From Leptolyngbyaceae cyanobacterium (lineage in GTDB: Bacteria > Cyanobacteriota > Cyanobacteriia > Phormidesmidales > Phormidesmidaceae), in assembly GCA_965263355.1 (NCBI GenBank), contig CBDHHL010000032.1, positions 3,680,001 through 3,744,000 on the forward strand: 64,000 nt of DNA, written 5' to 3'. Below are positions 31,317-41,928 of this stretch, piece after piece. The position numbers and the translations under genes are program-made. The notes under the pieces were generated by a model. The model was not told the origin of the DNA, ran no database searches, and worked only from the letters and a program-made list of their open reading frames with translations. The stretch's first letter is position 1, and every line of letters starts with the position of its first letter.

Positions 31317-32000
31317 TTATCCCTCAGGCAGTTCACCAAACCGTTGCCGATAGCGCTCTAACAAAGCCGTTTGCTCGGCCAAAACCTCCTCCGCCGTCCG
31401 ATACCGCTGCCCCTGTCGATCAAACCAATACAGCGCCTCAACCGTTTGCCCACCGTCCTGGTAAGCCCCCCGACCAATGCCCAACCCAATTTCCGGCATC
31501 CAAAACGGCTCACCCACCTGCAATCGATACTCACCGTCGATCAGCTTGTATAGCTCAAAGGGCTGCTGTCGATCCCGTTGCCAAAACTCAGGGTTATAAA
31601 CCAGATAATAAAGTACACCCAGGGTTTGATAAATACTCTTTTTCTCGTCATATTCCCCACCTGGCGTTTGGGAAACCATCTCCAACACAAAGCTGGGTGG
31701 AACATCATTTTCTTCCCACAGCACATAGCTCCGTCGAGACTTCCCCCCTTTTTTCCGCTCCACCCCCATACTCAGAAACCCATCCGGCACCACAGGCACC
31801 TTTGGACTCACCCCTGTCGTGTGGTACACCGCCATATCCACACCAAAGTACCAATCCCACCGTTCAGCCCAAATAAACTTCAAAATAAACAGCAGCAGAT
31901 TGGGCAAAAAATTCTGGTCCTCATTGTCCACAGGACTATCGTCAGAGTACGGCAGCTCTGCACTAGTGGGTAATTGTATAAGTGTGTTGGCATCGGTCAT
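31317..32000 (-). CDS. Uma2 family endonuclease (DUF820)
   Basis: LPYSDDSPVDNEDQ, VVPDGFLS, SY.LWEE, VLEMVS, EYDEK..IY..LGV.YY. Confidence 0.92.
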   Translation of the reverse strand: MTDANTLIQLPTSAELPYSDDSPVDNEDQNFLPNLLLFILKFIWAERWDWYFGVDMAVYHTTGVSPKVPVVPDGFLSMGVERKKGGKSRRSYVLWEENDVPPSFVLEMVSQTPGGEYDEKKSIYQTLGVLYYLVYNPEFWQRDRQQPFELYKLIDGEYRLQVGEPFWMPEIGLGIGRGAYQDGGQTVEALYWFDRQGQRYRTAEEVLAEQTALLERYRQRFGELPEG

Positions 32001-32014
32001 GGCGATCACCTAGA

Positions 32015-32150
32015 GCGTAGACCTATCCATACGCTATCAAATTTTTCATTCACCCTGATTCAATTGGACAATCCTGTAAGGGGCAATCCCTTGTGGATGC
32101 CCTTGCCGATATTGGCGCTATCAATCAGGATTTCGTATCGGCCCGATAGA
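32015..32150 (+). repeat. ~140-bp REP-containing dispersed element, copy 2 (direct relative to copy 1)
   Basis: The first 27 nt are identical to copy 1; same central REP hairpin and aggatttcgtatcgg end. Confidence 0.9.
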
Positions 32151-32251
32151 CTCAATCAGCCAAAAAAAAGGATAGCCATGGGCTATCCCAACTAAATCGC
32201 GATTTAACTCAAGAAAACGTTTGTATTTAACCCATACATCTAACAAAACGC

Positions 32252-32602
32252 TTAAGGGCCGACCTTAGAGTGTACCCAAGCGGTGCCGCCTTCAGCGTTG
32301 ATGCAGTTGGGCATAAATACTTCTAGCAGAAAGTTGCCATCATAGGGGGCTAATAACGTGGGGGCAATGGTTAGCTCAGTAGCTTGAGCAATCAAAGTGC
32401 CCTGGGCATCGTACAAATATAAATCTAGGTCCAGACAGTTTTCGTTACAGGTCGCCGTGATGGTGTCACCCGCTTTAAACCGAGTTTGAATGAGTTCTGA
32501 TTCACCATTGGCTAGCCAGACGGTCAACTCTTGGGCTTGACCTGGGGGCACGCTGAGGAAAGTGGTTAACACTGCAAAGGCAGCTAAATGTAAACCGCTC
32601 AT
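32252..32602 (-). CDS. Secreted hypothetical protein (PPC-like beta domain)
   Basis: Signal peptide ending GQA; C.E.C.DLDLYLYD.QG pattern. Confidence 0.6.
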   Translation of the reverse strand: MSGLHLAAFAVLTTFLSVPPGQAQELTVWLANGESELIQTRFKAGDTITATCNENCLDLDLYLYDAQGTLIAQATELTIAPTLLAPYDGNFLLEVFMPNCINAEGGTAWVHSKVGP

Positions 32603-32784
32603 AGGCCTATCTGGATCCCTTAGATTTACGTAACTCTAAGGTTCCCTATGAACATGTCCGATCTCGTGGTGAAATATGCGGGATCTTTTTATAAATGGAA
32701 AATTTACTGCCTGAACGGCCAGTGAGTCCACTGTGCAAGATAGGGATCTATTTACAATGGCTTGAGTAATTGCTTTCAGTACAA

Positions 32785-33774
32785 TTATCGAGTTTGAAAA
32801 ATATTTTGTACCATTTGCTTGTCGGAGCTGGCGGCAGCTCGATCTAGTTCGTCTACCTCGCTAGGACTAAGTTGCCAGCCCAACGCACCAATATTTTGCT
32901 TGGCCTGGCCCAGGTTTTTTGCCCCTGGAATTGGTGTGGTACCTTTGCAAATACACCAGTTCAGGGCAGTTTGGGCCATGGTTTTCTGTCGTTCTGTGGC
33001 CACTTCTTGTAGACAGTCCAGCAGGGGTTGAATGCCGGGTAATAACTGACGAAATAAAATTCCCCGCAGTCCTTTTGGGGGAGGCTGATCGCCACCATAC
33101 TTGCCAGTGAGCAAGCCGAGTGCCAGGGGGCTATAGGCAATCATTTGGATGTTGAGTTCGTCACAAACCTCTTTTAGGCCTAACTCTGTAACTGGATAGG
33201 TAGACAACAGCGAATACTGTACTTGCAGTGATGTGATTGGAATACCGCGTTCTGCAAAGCGTTTATGGACCCAACGCAAACGCTTTGGACCATAGTTCGA
33301 TAACCCAATGCTGTTGACTAAACCTTGTTCGTATAGCTCTGCCAGTCCGTCTAACAATGGTCCTTCTTGCCAAGGAAAATAGTTGGCAGTGGGCCAGTGC
33401 ATTTGGGCCATATCTAAACGCCCCATACGTGTCTTCGACGCTTGTCCGGCATTGACCATCATGCCTGGGGTTAAACGCCAGGGGTAAGCGGCCAGTTTGG
33501 TGGCCAGACAAATTTTTTCTTTATTGGCTCCTTGATAGGCACGGCTAAATTGCCCCAATAGTTTTTCGCTTTGTCCATTGAGCTTGCCAGTGCCATAGGA
33601 ATCACCAGTGTCAAAAAAAGTGACGCCGTTTTCTACGCAGTAATTAAAGACCTGCTGCAGGGCTGCATCCATGCTTGGGTCATAGCCCCACAGTAAACGA
33701 TTACCCCAGGCCCAGGTGCCACAGCCCATTGTCGGCAGAGTCAGGGTGGCAGTATTGTCAGCAGTGGCAATCAT
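32785..33774 (-). CDS. Aldo/keto reductase
   Basis: GTWAWG, FDTGDSYG, ATK, GLSNY, QVQYSLL, YSPL, PIPGAK. Confidence 0.92.
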   Translation of the reverse strand: MIATADNTATLTLPTMGCGTWAWGNRLLWGYDPSMDAALQQVFNYCVENGVTFFDTGDSYGTGKLNGQSEKLLGQFSRAYQGANKEKICLATKLAAYPWRLTPGMMVNAGQASKTRMGRLDMAQMHWPTANYFPWQEGPLLDGLAELYEQGLVNSIGLSNYGPKRLRWVHKRFAERGIPITSLQVQYSLLSTYPVTELGLKEVCDELNIQMIAYSPLALGLLTGKYGGDQPPPKGLRGILFRQLLPGIQPLLDCLQEVATERQKTMAQTALNWCICKGTTPIPGAKNLGQAKQNIGALGWQLSPSEVDELDRAAASSDKQMVQNIFQTR

Positions 33775-33916
33775 GGTGCAGGCGCTAGGGATGCAACATT
33801 AGTTAACCTAGCTGTTCAGAGTAAACTCTGGCAAGAGAGTATTGTTTGCTCCATATGTTGGTTTCCGAAACTGCTGCTAGAAAATCTGGGCTAGACTACG
33901 TCGTAATAATATTTGT

Positions 33917-34852
33917 TTGTGGAGTGCGGCTGTGCAATTTTCCTGGTTTTTGGGTGGTGGAACAGCATTATTGCTACTTGGTCTAGGGTTAGGGCGGCAT
34001 CATATTTTTTCAGCGGTTACCCCTGAGCAGACGGTTGGTGCGATCGCACAACCCCATCACGTGGCTATCCAGGGTAAATCCCAATCAAACCAGGAGTTTC
34101 TGCCCACCCTTAAACAAGCCGATGTAATTTACTTGGGCGAGACCCATACAGATGTCGCCGATCACGTTGCCCAGCTCGAAATTATTACTGAGATGCACCA
34201 GGCCAGGGGCGACATTGCCATTGGCTTAGAAATGTTTCAGCGCCCGTTTCAATCGGTGCTCGATCAATACATCGCTGGAGCAATTACGGAAGCAGACCTG
34301 ATTGAGCAAAGCGAATATGAGACCCGTTGGGGATTTGACTGGGAACTGTACGCACCGATTATCCGCTACGCTCAGACGAATCAGATTCCTTTAATTGCGT
34401 TGAATACCCCTAAGGAAGTGACTCGAAAAGTTGCCAAGCAAGGGTTGGCCAGTCTGACTGGTGAGGACTTAAAGTACATTCCACCCATTGATCAAATCGA
34501 CACCAGTGACGAAAACTATCAGGCCATGGTAGCCCAGGTTTTTAGCCACCATGGTGGCCATGGCCACAGCGGCCCTAGCTTTGAAAATTTCTTTGCCGCC
34601 CAGGTGCTCTGGGATGAAACCATGGCCGAGGCTGTGGCCAATTATGTGACTGCCTTTCCAGACACCCAGGTAATTGTTTTGGCCGGTGAAGGCCATATTG
34701 TGTTTGATTTTGGTATTCCCAGCCGGGTTCAACGGCGTTTGGGCGATGACCTGGTGGCCTATAGCGTTCTGCTCAACCCAACGGCTACAACCCCTGAACT
34801 CGCTGACTTTTTCTGGATTTCAGAAGCACCAGCAATTGAAACTGCAGACTAA
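33917..34852 (+). CDS. ChaN/PhuW (DUF399) family protein; start uncertain (GTG 33932 possible)
   Basis: VIYLGETH...H..QL, IGLEMFQRPFQ..LD.Y, AQVLWDETMA, LAG.GH. Confidence 0.85.
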   Translation: MWSAAVQFSWFLGGGTALLLLGLGLGRHHIFSAVTPEQTVGAIAQPHHVAIQGKSQSNQEFLPTLKQADVIYLGETHTDVADHVAQLEIITEMHQARGDIAIGLEMFQRPFQSVLDQYIAGAITEADLIEQSEYETRWGFDWELYAPIIRYAQTNQIPLIALNTPKEVTRKVAKQGLASLTGEDLKYIPPIDQIDTSDENYQAMVAQVFSHHGGHGHSGPSFENFFAAQVLWDETMAEAVANYVTAFPDTQVIVLAGEGHIVFDFGIPSRVQRRLGDDLVAYSVLLNPTATTPELADFFWISEAPAIETAD

Positions 34853-34960
34853 TACGAAATCCTGCTTCATAGCGTTCGGTATCGCAGGGCATCCACAAGG
34901 GATTGCCCCTACAGGATTATCCATTTTTAATCGGGTTTAATGAATTTGGATTTGGTATGA
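34852..34960 (-). repeat. ~140-bp REP-containing dispersed element, copy 3 (inverted, more diverged)
   Basis: Plus strand atacgaaatcctg...agggcatccacaagggattgcccctacaggatt; reads as GTAG plus hairpin on the minus strand. Confidence 0.85.
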
Positions 34961-34992
34961 GACGTTCCTTTCGACTTTGCTCAAGGAACACA

Positions 34993-36420
34993 TTATTCAA
35001 CCGGAATAAAATCGAACCCGAGACCAGAGCGTTCACCTACTTGAATCTCCACTAGTTGGGCTGCTCGGTTGCGATCGCCTGAGGGCAAAAAGTGAACATC
35101 GCCTGTGGCCCCATCTGCTAGGAAATTCGCCTCATGCAATACAGTGCGGATACCCTCACGGCTGGGGTCCCTTAAAAGAGCTGCTCCTAGGGATGCGATC
35201 GCGTCATAGGCCATGGCACTCCGCCAACTGACATCCCCTCCCCAAATTTGTCGGGCGTCTGTCACAAATTCAGAGTTTGGATCCGACAAAACATGCCATG
35301 GCACGGCAATCACTAGCCCGACTGCATCAGCCCCCCCCTTTTGCAAAATCTGCGGATGGTAAAGATCGTCTCCACCAATCAAAGGAATTTCTTGATTAAC
35401 AACTTTCATTACTGCCAAGGAGGGCTCTAGGGTATCTGTACTGGAGGCCAGCATAATTACATCTGCCCCCTGCTCTTTAGCCAACGCAATTTGCTGATCG
35501 GCATCAAACTGAGTATCAGCGAGATCATACTCTGTCATCACCTCACCGCCATCGCTAAAGACAGAGGTAGTGAACTCACTTTTTAATGACAGACTATAAG
35601 CACTATTGGAATCGTAATAAAGAATTGCTTTCTTAGCTGCCAGATCGTTAATCATGTAGCGAGCAAGGGCTGCAGCAGCAAAGCTATCACTGGGTACTGT
35701 GCGAAAAACGTAAGGACTAAAGCCAGATAGGGCTACCGAAGTACTAATGGCAGAGATCATCGGCAGCTTACCCTGCGCATAAACTGGTGCAGCCTCTAGG
35801 GTAACGCCACTACTGTAATGACCTAATACTCCCAGAACTTCTGACCGATTGACCAATTCAGCTGCCACAGATTTAGCAATGCTAGGATCATTATCATCAT
35901 TGGCAATGATCAACTTAATTGGTGTTCTATCATTGCCAGCCAATTGATTCAGCGCTTGTTGGGCCTGACCAGCTCCCCGCAAAATTTCCAGACCAATTTC
36001 ACTGGTGTTCCCCACGGGGGCAATTACAGCTAACGTATGGGCCGGTTGATCACCAATACGAGCATTGTTTAGATATATAAAGGCCTCAGGATCGTTACGG
36101 TTTTGCGTCAGTGCGGCTTCTAAGTGGGTGATTGCCTGGGCATAATCTCCCTCAGCATAGGCTGTAATACCTTTAACTTTTACGTCTGAAGGATTGGGTA
36201 ATAGACTTTGTTTGCCCTCACTTAAACGCGTTGATAACGCTGGTTTAGAGCCTAATTCTGTTGTTTGCTCTAAATTCGATTTAGCTGAGCTTGAAGTATC
36301 AGTAACGTCAGGTGCTTTCGGTGTAATTATTCCTGACATACTTAAGAAAAAAGCCCCCAGGAGGCTAAAAGCTGCCAGGAATAATATGATTTCGAACTTA
36401 TGATTTTTAATTGTATGCAT
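34993..36420 (-). CDS. Branched-chain amino-acid/LivJ-like ABC substrate-binding protein with N-terminal TM and TPR-like helix pair
   Basis: RNDPEA.IYLNNA, EILRG..QAQ, VLGHYSS, FRTVPSD, WGGDV.WR.AMAYDA, GATG.V.F..SGDR. Confidence 0.85.
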   Translation of the reverse strand: MHTIKNHKFEIILFLAAFSLLGAFFLSMSGIITPKAPDVTDTSSSAKSNLEQTTELGSKPALSTRLSEGKQSLLPNPSDVKVKGITAYAEGDYAQAITHLEAALTQNRNDPEAFIYLNNARIGDQPAHTLAVIAPVGNTSEIGLEILRGAGQAQQALNQLAGNDRTPIKLIIANDDNDPSIAKSVAAELVNRSEVLGVLGHYSSGVTLEAAPVYAQGKLPMISAISTSVALSGFSPYVFRTVPSDSFAAAALARYMINDLAAKKAILYYDSNSAYSLSLKSEFTTSVFSDGGEVMTEYDLADTQFDADQQIALAKEQGADVIMLASSTDTLEPSLAVMKVVNQEIPLIGGDDLYHPQILQKGGADAVGLVIAVPWHVLSDPNSEFVTDARQIWGGDVSWRSAMAYDAIASLGAALLRDPSREGIRTVLHEANFLADGATGDVHFLPSGDRNRAAQLVEIQVGERSGLGFDFIPVE

Positions 36421-36621
36421 AGTTTAGATAAGAGCGACTTTGGTCAACAATTAGCAAGCAACCCATTCCCTCAGTACAACTATCCTGGATTTGCTTTAGC
36501 GATTTACTGAGCTACTGAAAATTCCGTTGGTTATATGGTATTGACGGTGACGGTTAACATTACCGATCGGTAGGTAGCATTCACATCATGTAACGAATGA
36601 AGCTATTGTTCCCGATGCAGT

Positions 36622-36637
36622 TGTAAATCCGTATACA
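36622..36637. promoter_or_regulatory. Candidate NtcA-type site upstream of the substrate-binding protein gene
   Basis: TGTA-aatccgta-TACA, about 200 nt upstream of ATG 36420. Confidence 0.35.
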
Positions 36638-36676
36638 ACAAACGCCCCGAAACTGAAAAGTTGCGGGGCGTTTGTT
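36637..36676 (-). terminator. Terminator after rplL
   Basis: aacaaacgccccg-N14-cggggcgtttgtt inverted repeat. Confidence 0.75.
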
Positions 36677-36705
36677 AATGGGTTATGTACAAAGGCAAAA
36701 GTCTA

Positions 36706-37110
36706 TTACTTAACAGATACCTTAGCGCCAGCTTCCTCAAGCTGCTTCTTAGCAGCTTCCGCGTCATCCTTGGAGACACCCTCTTTAATAGCCTTGGGAG
36801 CACCTTCAACCATAGCCTTAGCTTCTTTGAGGCCTAGACCAGTGAGGGCACGAACAGCCTTAAGCACAGCAATCTTATTGCCACCAAAGTCTTCGAGAAC
36901 AACATCAAACTCAGTCTTCTCTTCTTCGGGCTCAGCAGCAGCAGCGCCACCACCGCCAGGCATCATGCCGGGCATCATCATCATGCCACCGCCACCAGAG
37001 GCAGACGCATCAACACCGAACGCTTCTTCGATTTGCTTAACAAGCTCAGACGCCTCTAGCAAAGAGAGGGTCTTCAGCTTTTCCAAAATTTCATCAGTTG
37101 CAGCAGACAT
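36706..37110 (-). CDS. rplL: 50S ribosomal protein L7/L12
   Basis: [16 protein letters not shown]. Confidence 0.98.
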   Translation of the reverse strand: MSAATDEILEKLKTLSLLEASELVKQIEEAFGVDASASGGGGMMMMPGMMPGGGGAAAAEPEEEKTEFDVVLEDFGGNKIAVLKAVRALTGLGLKEAKAMVEGAPKAIKEGVSKDDAEAAKKQLEEAGAKVSVK

Positions 37111-37193
37111 TGGGTTTCTCCGTTGTAGAAAAAAGTAAAATCAGTCAACCAAACAAGTTGTATATGTGATGGTTTGGATGCAATTGAGATCGA

Positions 37194-37763
37194 TTAGTCG
37201 TCGCCCTCGCCATCTTTTTTGGCAACAGCATCCACCGCACGAACCAAAGAATTGGGTACTTCCTTGATACCAACAGCCAGTTTCTTGGGTACAGCATTGA
37301 TGCCAACAGCCAACTTGGTTGGAATTGCATTGATGGCACCAGCAATACGGGCAATAAGCTCTTCCTTGGTAGGCAGCTCAGTAATTGCTTTGAGGTCTGC
37401 CTCATTGAGAGCGCGTCCCTCCATGACACCGCCACGAAGTTCTGTTTTCTTAGTGTCCTTCTTAAAGGCTTCATAGGCCTTAATAGCGCCACCAAGGTCC
37501 TCCTCAACCAAGACAAATGCCGATGTTCCTTTGAGAAACTCGGACATTGGCTGCCAGGTTTCATTGCCATCAATGGCAATACCCATCAACGTGTTTTTTG
37601 TGATTTTGCAGGTGGCACCCTTAGGCCGCAAGCGATCGCGTAGATCCTTGAGTTCAGCTACCGTTAAACCCTGATAGTCAATCACAAATGCAAGTTGAGA
37701 TTTTTCTAGCAGTCCCTTAAGGTCAGCCACAATCTCCTTTTTATTTTCTAGGGTTCTCCCCAT
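37194..37763 (-). CDS. rplJ: 50S ribosomal protein L10
   Basis: MGRTLENK, DYQGLTVAE, KNTL, LPTKEEL. Confidence 0.98.
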   Translation of the reverse strand: MGRTLENKKEIVADLKGLLEKSQLAFVIDYQGLTVAELKDLRDRLRPKGATCKITKNTLMGIAIDGNETWQPMSEFLKGTSAFVLVEEDLGGAIKAYEAFKKDTKKTELRGGVMEGRALNEADLKAITELPTKEELIARIAGAINAIPTKLAVGINAVPKKLAVGIKEVPNSLVRAVDAVAKKDGEGDD

Positions 37764-37807
37764 TCAGTTTTTCACCTCCTTTAAAAATTTCAATGGGCCT
37801 CTGCTAA

Positions 37808-37895
37808 TTGCCGAGACCCAAAGATGAGCGCTACTAACACCCTCTCTCTGCACCTCGGCAGGCTATTAAGCAAAATGCACCTGCTGTCTTCGAAT
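37808..37895 (-). promoter_or_regulatory. L10 leader autoregulatory RNA
   Basis: Minus strand AGACAGCAGG...TTAATAGCCTGCCGAGG upstream of rplJ, with a downstream ctcggc able to pair. Confidence 0.75.
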
Positions 37896-37977
37896 GCCTA
37901 TTTAGTTATGAGATGTGTTTTTTGAGTAGCAATACCTCCAAAGTTTGTATGCCTGTCAAACGTGACAGAAATTGAAT

Positions 37978-38697
37978 CTATGCAGCGGCGTCTTCAAATT
38001 TCAGATCACGCAACGCATTAATATTTAACTTAATCGCAGGCCCCATAGTAGCAGCTACTGACATTGTTCGCCAATAGCGGCCCTTGGCACCAGATGGCCG
38101 ATTACGATCAATCGTCTCTTGCAGTGCCTTTAGGTTGACCAATAGATCGTCAGCGGCAAAGTCTGCCTTACCAAACATGACGTGGACAATACCTGCTTTA
38201 TCAGCACGAAATTCTAGTTTACCTGCCTTAAAGTCTGTAATTGCCTGGGCCAGGTCAAAAGTCACTGAGCCCCCCTTGGGAGATGGCATTAAACCACGGG
38301 GACCAAGAATCCGTCCAAGCTTAGCTACCTTAGGCATCATGTCAGGTGTGGCTATTAGAATGTCAAAATCCATCATGCCTTTCTGGATTTCGTCGATCAG
38401 CTCCTCAGAACCTGCCATGTCAGCACCGTTGTCAGTTGCTTCAGCAACTTTTTCACCACGGGCGATAACGGCAACACGTACTGTTTGACCAGTGCCTTTA
38501 GGCAGAGCCACAGTAGTTCTCAACTGCTGATCTGTATATTTGGGGTCAATGCCCAAACGGATATGAGCCTCGATTGTCTCAGTGAACTTAGCAGTGGCTG
38601 TTTCCTTAACCAACTGCATGGCTTCCAAGGGTTCGTAAAGCTTATCTTGTACTTTTGCCTGCAGCTCTTTTAAGCGGCGGGACATTTTCTTTACCAT
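37978..38697 (-). CDS. rplA: 50S ribosomal protein L1
   Basis: [26 protein letters not shown] 38697 follows AAGGAG. Confidence 0.98.
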   Translation of the reverse strand: MVKKMSRRLKELQAKVQDKLYEPLEAMQLVKETATAKFTETIEAHIRLGIDPKYTDQQLRTTVALPKGTGQTVRVAVIARGEKVAEATDNGADMAGSEELIDEIQKGMMDFDILIATPDMMPKVAKLGRILGPRGLMPSPKGGSVTFDLAQAITDFKAGKLEFRADKAGIVHVMFGKADFAADDLLVNLKALQETIDRNRPSGAKGRYWRTMSVAATMGPAIKLNINALRDLKFEDAAA

Positions 38698-38780
38698 GGT
38701 TACTCCTTGGGGTGATAACGAAGCCTGGCTTCTTCCCCAGATTTTGATCAAGTAATTGAAAATTGCACTGTTTACTGAAC

Positions 38781-39206
38781 TTAATCAGACACAGTTACTC
38801 CCATATTGCGGGCAGTGCCTTCGATGATGTTCATGGCTGCTTCAACGTCGTTGGCGTTGAGGTCAGGCATTTTCATCTCGGCAATCTCTTGCAATTGGGC
38901 ACGGGTAATAGAACCAACTTTTGTCTTGTTAGGTTCACCGGAACCCTTCTCAATTTTGGCCGCTTTTTTGATTAGCACGGAGGCTGGCGGCGTTTTGAGA
39001 ACAAAGGTGAAACTTCTATCTTCAAAAACAGAAATTTCAACCGGAACAATCAGTCCAGCTTTGTCAGAGGTCTTGGCGTTATATTCTTTGCAAAACGCCA
39101 TAATGTTGACCCCGTGCTGACCCAAGGCGGGACCAATTGGCGGTGCAGGGTTCGCTTTTCCAGCTGGGATTGCCAGCTTAATCAGGGCAACTACCTTCTT
39201 CGCCAT
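38781..39206 (-). CDS. rplK: 50S ribosomal protein L11
   Basis: [18 protein letters not shown]. Confidence 0.99.
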   Translation of the reverse strand: MAKKVVALIKLAIPAGKANPAPPIGPALGQHGVNIMAFCKEYNAKTSDKAGLIVPVEISVFEDRSFTFVLKTPPASVLIKKAAKIEKGSGEPNKTKVGSITRAQLQEIAEMKMPDLNANDVEAAMNIIEGTARNMGVTVSD

Positions 39207-39209
39207 TGA

Positions 39210-39851
39210 TTAACTCTCTTTTTGCACTTGGTTAAATTCCAGCTCAACGGGGGTATCGCGACCGAAAATCGATAGCAATGCCTTAAGCTTGCTCCGTTCA
39301 GGACTAACTTCAATGACTTCGCCACTAAAGTCCTTAAATGGACCAGACAATACCAAGATTTTGTCACCCTCGGCCATGTCAACTTTGACTACAGGTGCCT
39401 GTTCTTGGGTCTGCTTAAAGATACGCTCAACTTCGGATCTACTTAAAGGCATGGGTTTAACATGCCCTCGCCCACGTCCAGTGGCTCGGCGCTGCTCAGC
39501 ACCGACAAAATTTATGACATGGGGGGTGTTTTTAACCACCTGCCATACGTCATCCTCCAAAATCATACGGATGAGAACGTACCCAGGAAAAACTTTCTCC
39601 TCAATATTCTGACGACTGCCATCCTTGCGCAATTTAACCGCAGGAGTCTGCGGTATTTCAATCTGAAAAATGTACTGATTAACACCCAAGGTAATGGCCC
39701 GCTGCTCAAGATTGAGCTTAACGCGCTTTTCGCACCCGGAAGCTACTTGTACCGCATACCAGCGTGATTGTGACTTTCTGGGTTCATCAGCAACACTAGA
39801 ATCGTCACTGTCAGCTGTATAGTCGTTTGGATCGTCAGAAGCATAAGTCAT
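39210..39851 (-). CDS. nusG: Transcription antitermination protein NusG
   Basis: WYAVQVASGCE, FPGYV, KOW motif GPFKDF.G, IFGRDTPVEL. Confidence 0.98.
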   Translation of the reverse strand: MTYASDDPNDYTADSDDSSVADEPRKSQSRWYAVQVASGCEKRVKLNLEQRAITLGVNQYIFQIEIPQTPAVKLRKDGSRQNIEEKVFPGYVLIRMILEDDVWQVVKNTPHVINFVGAEQRRATGRGRGHVKPMPLSRSEVERIFKQTQEQAPVVKVDMAEGDKILVLSGPFKDFSGEVIEVSPERSKLKALLSIFGRDTPVELEFNQVQKES

Positions 39852-40087
39852 TAGAACACCTGTCTAGAAGCCCAACCAAAGAGTTTATCCACTAAGTAAA
39901 TAAGTGTTGCAGAAACGCCCACCATTAGAATTACAGCTGCAGATTCACTAATCAGCTGCTGTCTGGAGGGCCAAACGACTTTACTTAACTCTTCACGAGT
40001 GCCTTTAACAAAAGACCCTGCGACAAACGAGTCAGAGGAGTCACCTGACTGCTTTTCAACTACTTTCTTAGCGTCCTTTTTGACCAC
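39851..40087 (-). CDS. secE: Preprotein translocase subunit SecE
   Basis: EELSKVVWPSRQQL plus a single TM segment; position upstream of nusG. Confidence 0.95.
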   Translation of the reverse strand: MVKKDAKKVVEKQSGDSSDSFVAGSFVKGTREELSKVVWPSRQQLISESAAVILMVGVSATLIYLVDKLFGWASRQVF

Positions 40088-40321
40088 GTCATTAGCTTCC
40101 TTGTTTGCTACATCGAATCCGGCTGGTTTCTAATCAACCGAGAGCTACTCAAGCAAAAATTCTACCTAAAGCTTCTTGCTTGAAAGAAAAAGAACTTATC
40201 TCTTTCTTCTAGGCAAAGAACCTAAACCATATCCCAACCAGAGCTTTCTCAATTGGAGAATGCAGTTTTGGATATGGAAATAGTGTGGCTGCTTCAGGCA
40301 GAACTTATGCTAATCGCTCAG

Positions 40322-40394
40322 CGCGCCCTGAAGGACTCGAACCCTCGACATTCGGTTTTGGAGACCGACGTTCTACCAACTGAACTAAGGACGC
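40322..40394 (-). tRNA. trnW: tRNA-Trp (CCA); 3' CCA not encoded
   Basis: GCGTCCT-TA-GTTCAGTTGGTAGAAC-G-TCGGTCTCCAAAACCGA-ATGTC-GAGGGTTCGAGTCCTTC-AGGGCGC-G cloverleaf. Confidence 0.97.
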
Positions 40395-40454
40395 ACGACT
40401 CTTTGAACTTGTCTCATTGTAAGGCTTAACCTGCGGGCTTTAGATGCCCTAGGG

Positions 40455-40835
40455 TTATTTTTTGCCTGATTTCTCAATGGGACGATCAAAGCGCTGCTTC
40501 AAGCGAGTTGCCTTACCAACGCGATCGCGAAGGTAGTACAACTTAGCACGACGCGCTTTACCTCTACGCAAGACCTTAATATTGGCCACGCGAGGGGCGT
40601 GCAGTAAGAAAACACGCTCTACACCTACGCCTTGAAAGACGCGACGCACGGTAATCGTCTCGTTGATACCACCATTGCGCATGGCAATGACAGTACCCTC
40701 GTAGGGCTGCACACGTTCCTTACCACCTTCTACAATTCGGACACCGACCCGAACTGTGTCCCCAACATAGATTGTGGGGAGGTCTGTTTTAATATGTTCC
40801 GCTTCTATTGAGCGGATAATCTCCTCAGCGTTCAT
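40455..40835 (-). CDS. rplS: 50S ribosomal protein L19
   Basis: [28 protein letters not shown] 40835. Confidence 0.98.
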   Translation of the reverse strand: MNAEEIIRSIEAEHIKTDLPTIYVGDTVRVGVRIVEGGKERVQPYEGTVIAMRNGGINETITVRRVFQGVGVERVFLLHAPRVANIKVLRRGKARRAKLYYLRDRVGKATRLKQRFDRPIEKSGKK

Positions 40836-41094
40836 AAGCCCTGAAAAGCGCACGGTCTTTAATAGTATGTCAACATGGTTCCAAACACCAAGGGTTTTTG
40901 GAAATTTACCATCCTACTATATGGGCAATGAATAATGGACATGCTGTCTATCGTGATTACGCAATTGCCACCGGGGAACGAGGAATGAGGTAAGAATCCT
41001 GCATACTATATATAGTGGTTGGAGATTTGCGATTCCGTTGAGTTCCTCCCTGTTAACCAATCACTACTTATTACTCACCCTTCCCTTGAGCCTT

Positions 41095-41928
41095 ATGAAT
41101 GTCTTAGGTAATCTTCTGTCGCGTGCTCTGGCTGTGCCAGTCATGGTAGGGCCGCGTAAATCTCAGGGGATTGAGTTGAAGGGGGCACAAGATCAGGAGA
41201 CGATGCGGCAAGCTGGTCGGATTGTGGCTATAGTCCTGAAGGAAATTGCTGAGCTAGTGCAGCCCGGTATGACGACGGCGGATTTGGATGCCCATGCAGA
41301 GAAACGCATCTGCGAGATGGGTGCAACGCCAAGTTTTAAGGGATATCATGGTTTTCCTGGTTCCATCTGTGCCAGCATCAACGATGAAGTGGTGCATGGT
41401 ATTCCCCGGAAGCGTAAGGTGATTAAAGCAGGGGATTTACTTAAGGTTGATACAGGTGCTTATTTCGAGGGCTTTCACGGGGACTCGTGTATCACCATTG
41501 CGGTTGGCAAGATAAGTGCTAAAGCCCAGTCCTTGATGCAGGCGGCTGAGGATGCCTTATATGCTGGTGTGGCTCAGGCATTACCTGGAAAAACCCTATT
41601 AGATATTGCTGGGGCAATTGAAGATAGCATTCAATTGAGTGGATATACAGTGGTTGAAGAGTTTACAGGCCATGGTGTGGGCAGAAACCTGCATGAGCCG
41701 CCGTCAGTATTTAACTTTCGCACTAAAGAATTACCCAATGTGACGCTAAAGCCGGGGATGGCCTTAGCGATTGAGCCGATTGTCAATGAGGGGTCTAAGG
41801 TGACGCGGACCCTAAGGGATCGGTGGACTGTGGTGACGTGCGATCGCAAACTTTCCGCTCAGTTTGAACACACTGTCCTAATCACCAAAGATGGCCAAGA
41901 AATTCTGACTGACCGGTCTAAAGTTTAG
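41095..41928 (+). CDS. map: Methionine aminopeptidase type I
   Basis: [34 protein letters not shown]. Confidence 0.96.
   Translation: MNVLGNLLSRALAVPVMVGPRKSQGIELKGAQDQETMRQAGRIVAIVLKEIAELVQPGMTTADLDAHAEKRICEMGATPSFKGYHGFPGSICASINDEVVHGIPRKRKVIKAGDLLKVDTGAYFEGFHGDSCITIAVGKISAKAQSLMQAAEDALYAGVAQALPGKTLLDIAGAIEDSIQLSGYTVVEEFTGHGVGRNLHEPPSVFNFRTKELPNVTLKPGMALAIEPIVNEGSKVTRTLRDRWTVVTCDRKLSAQFEHTVLITKDGQEILTDRSKV

Noticed and set aside
38708..38740. Hairpin before rplA as an L1 autoregulatory site
   Set aside because: Plausible (tgggg...cccca stem next to the SD sequence), but I could not confirm the L1-binding internal loop by eye, and it would be a known element.
40322..40394. tRNA-Trp as an integration site
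   Set aside because: It sits in its usual rplS-trnW-secE context, with no integrase and no duplicated 3' end seen in the window.
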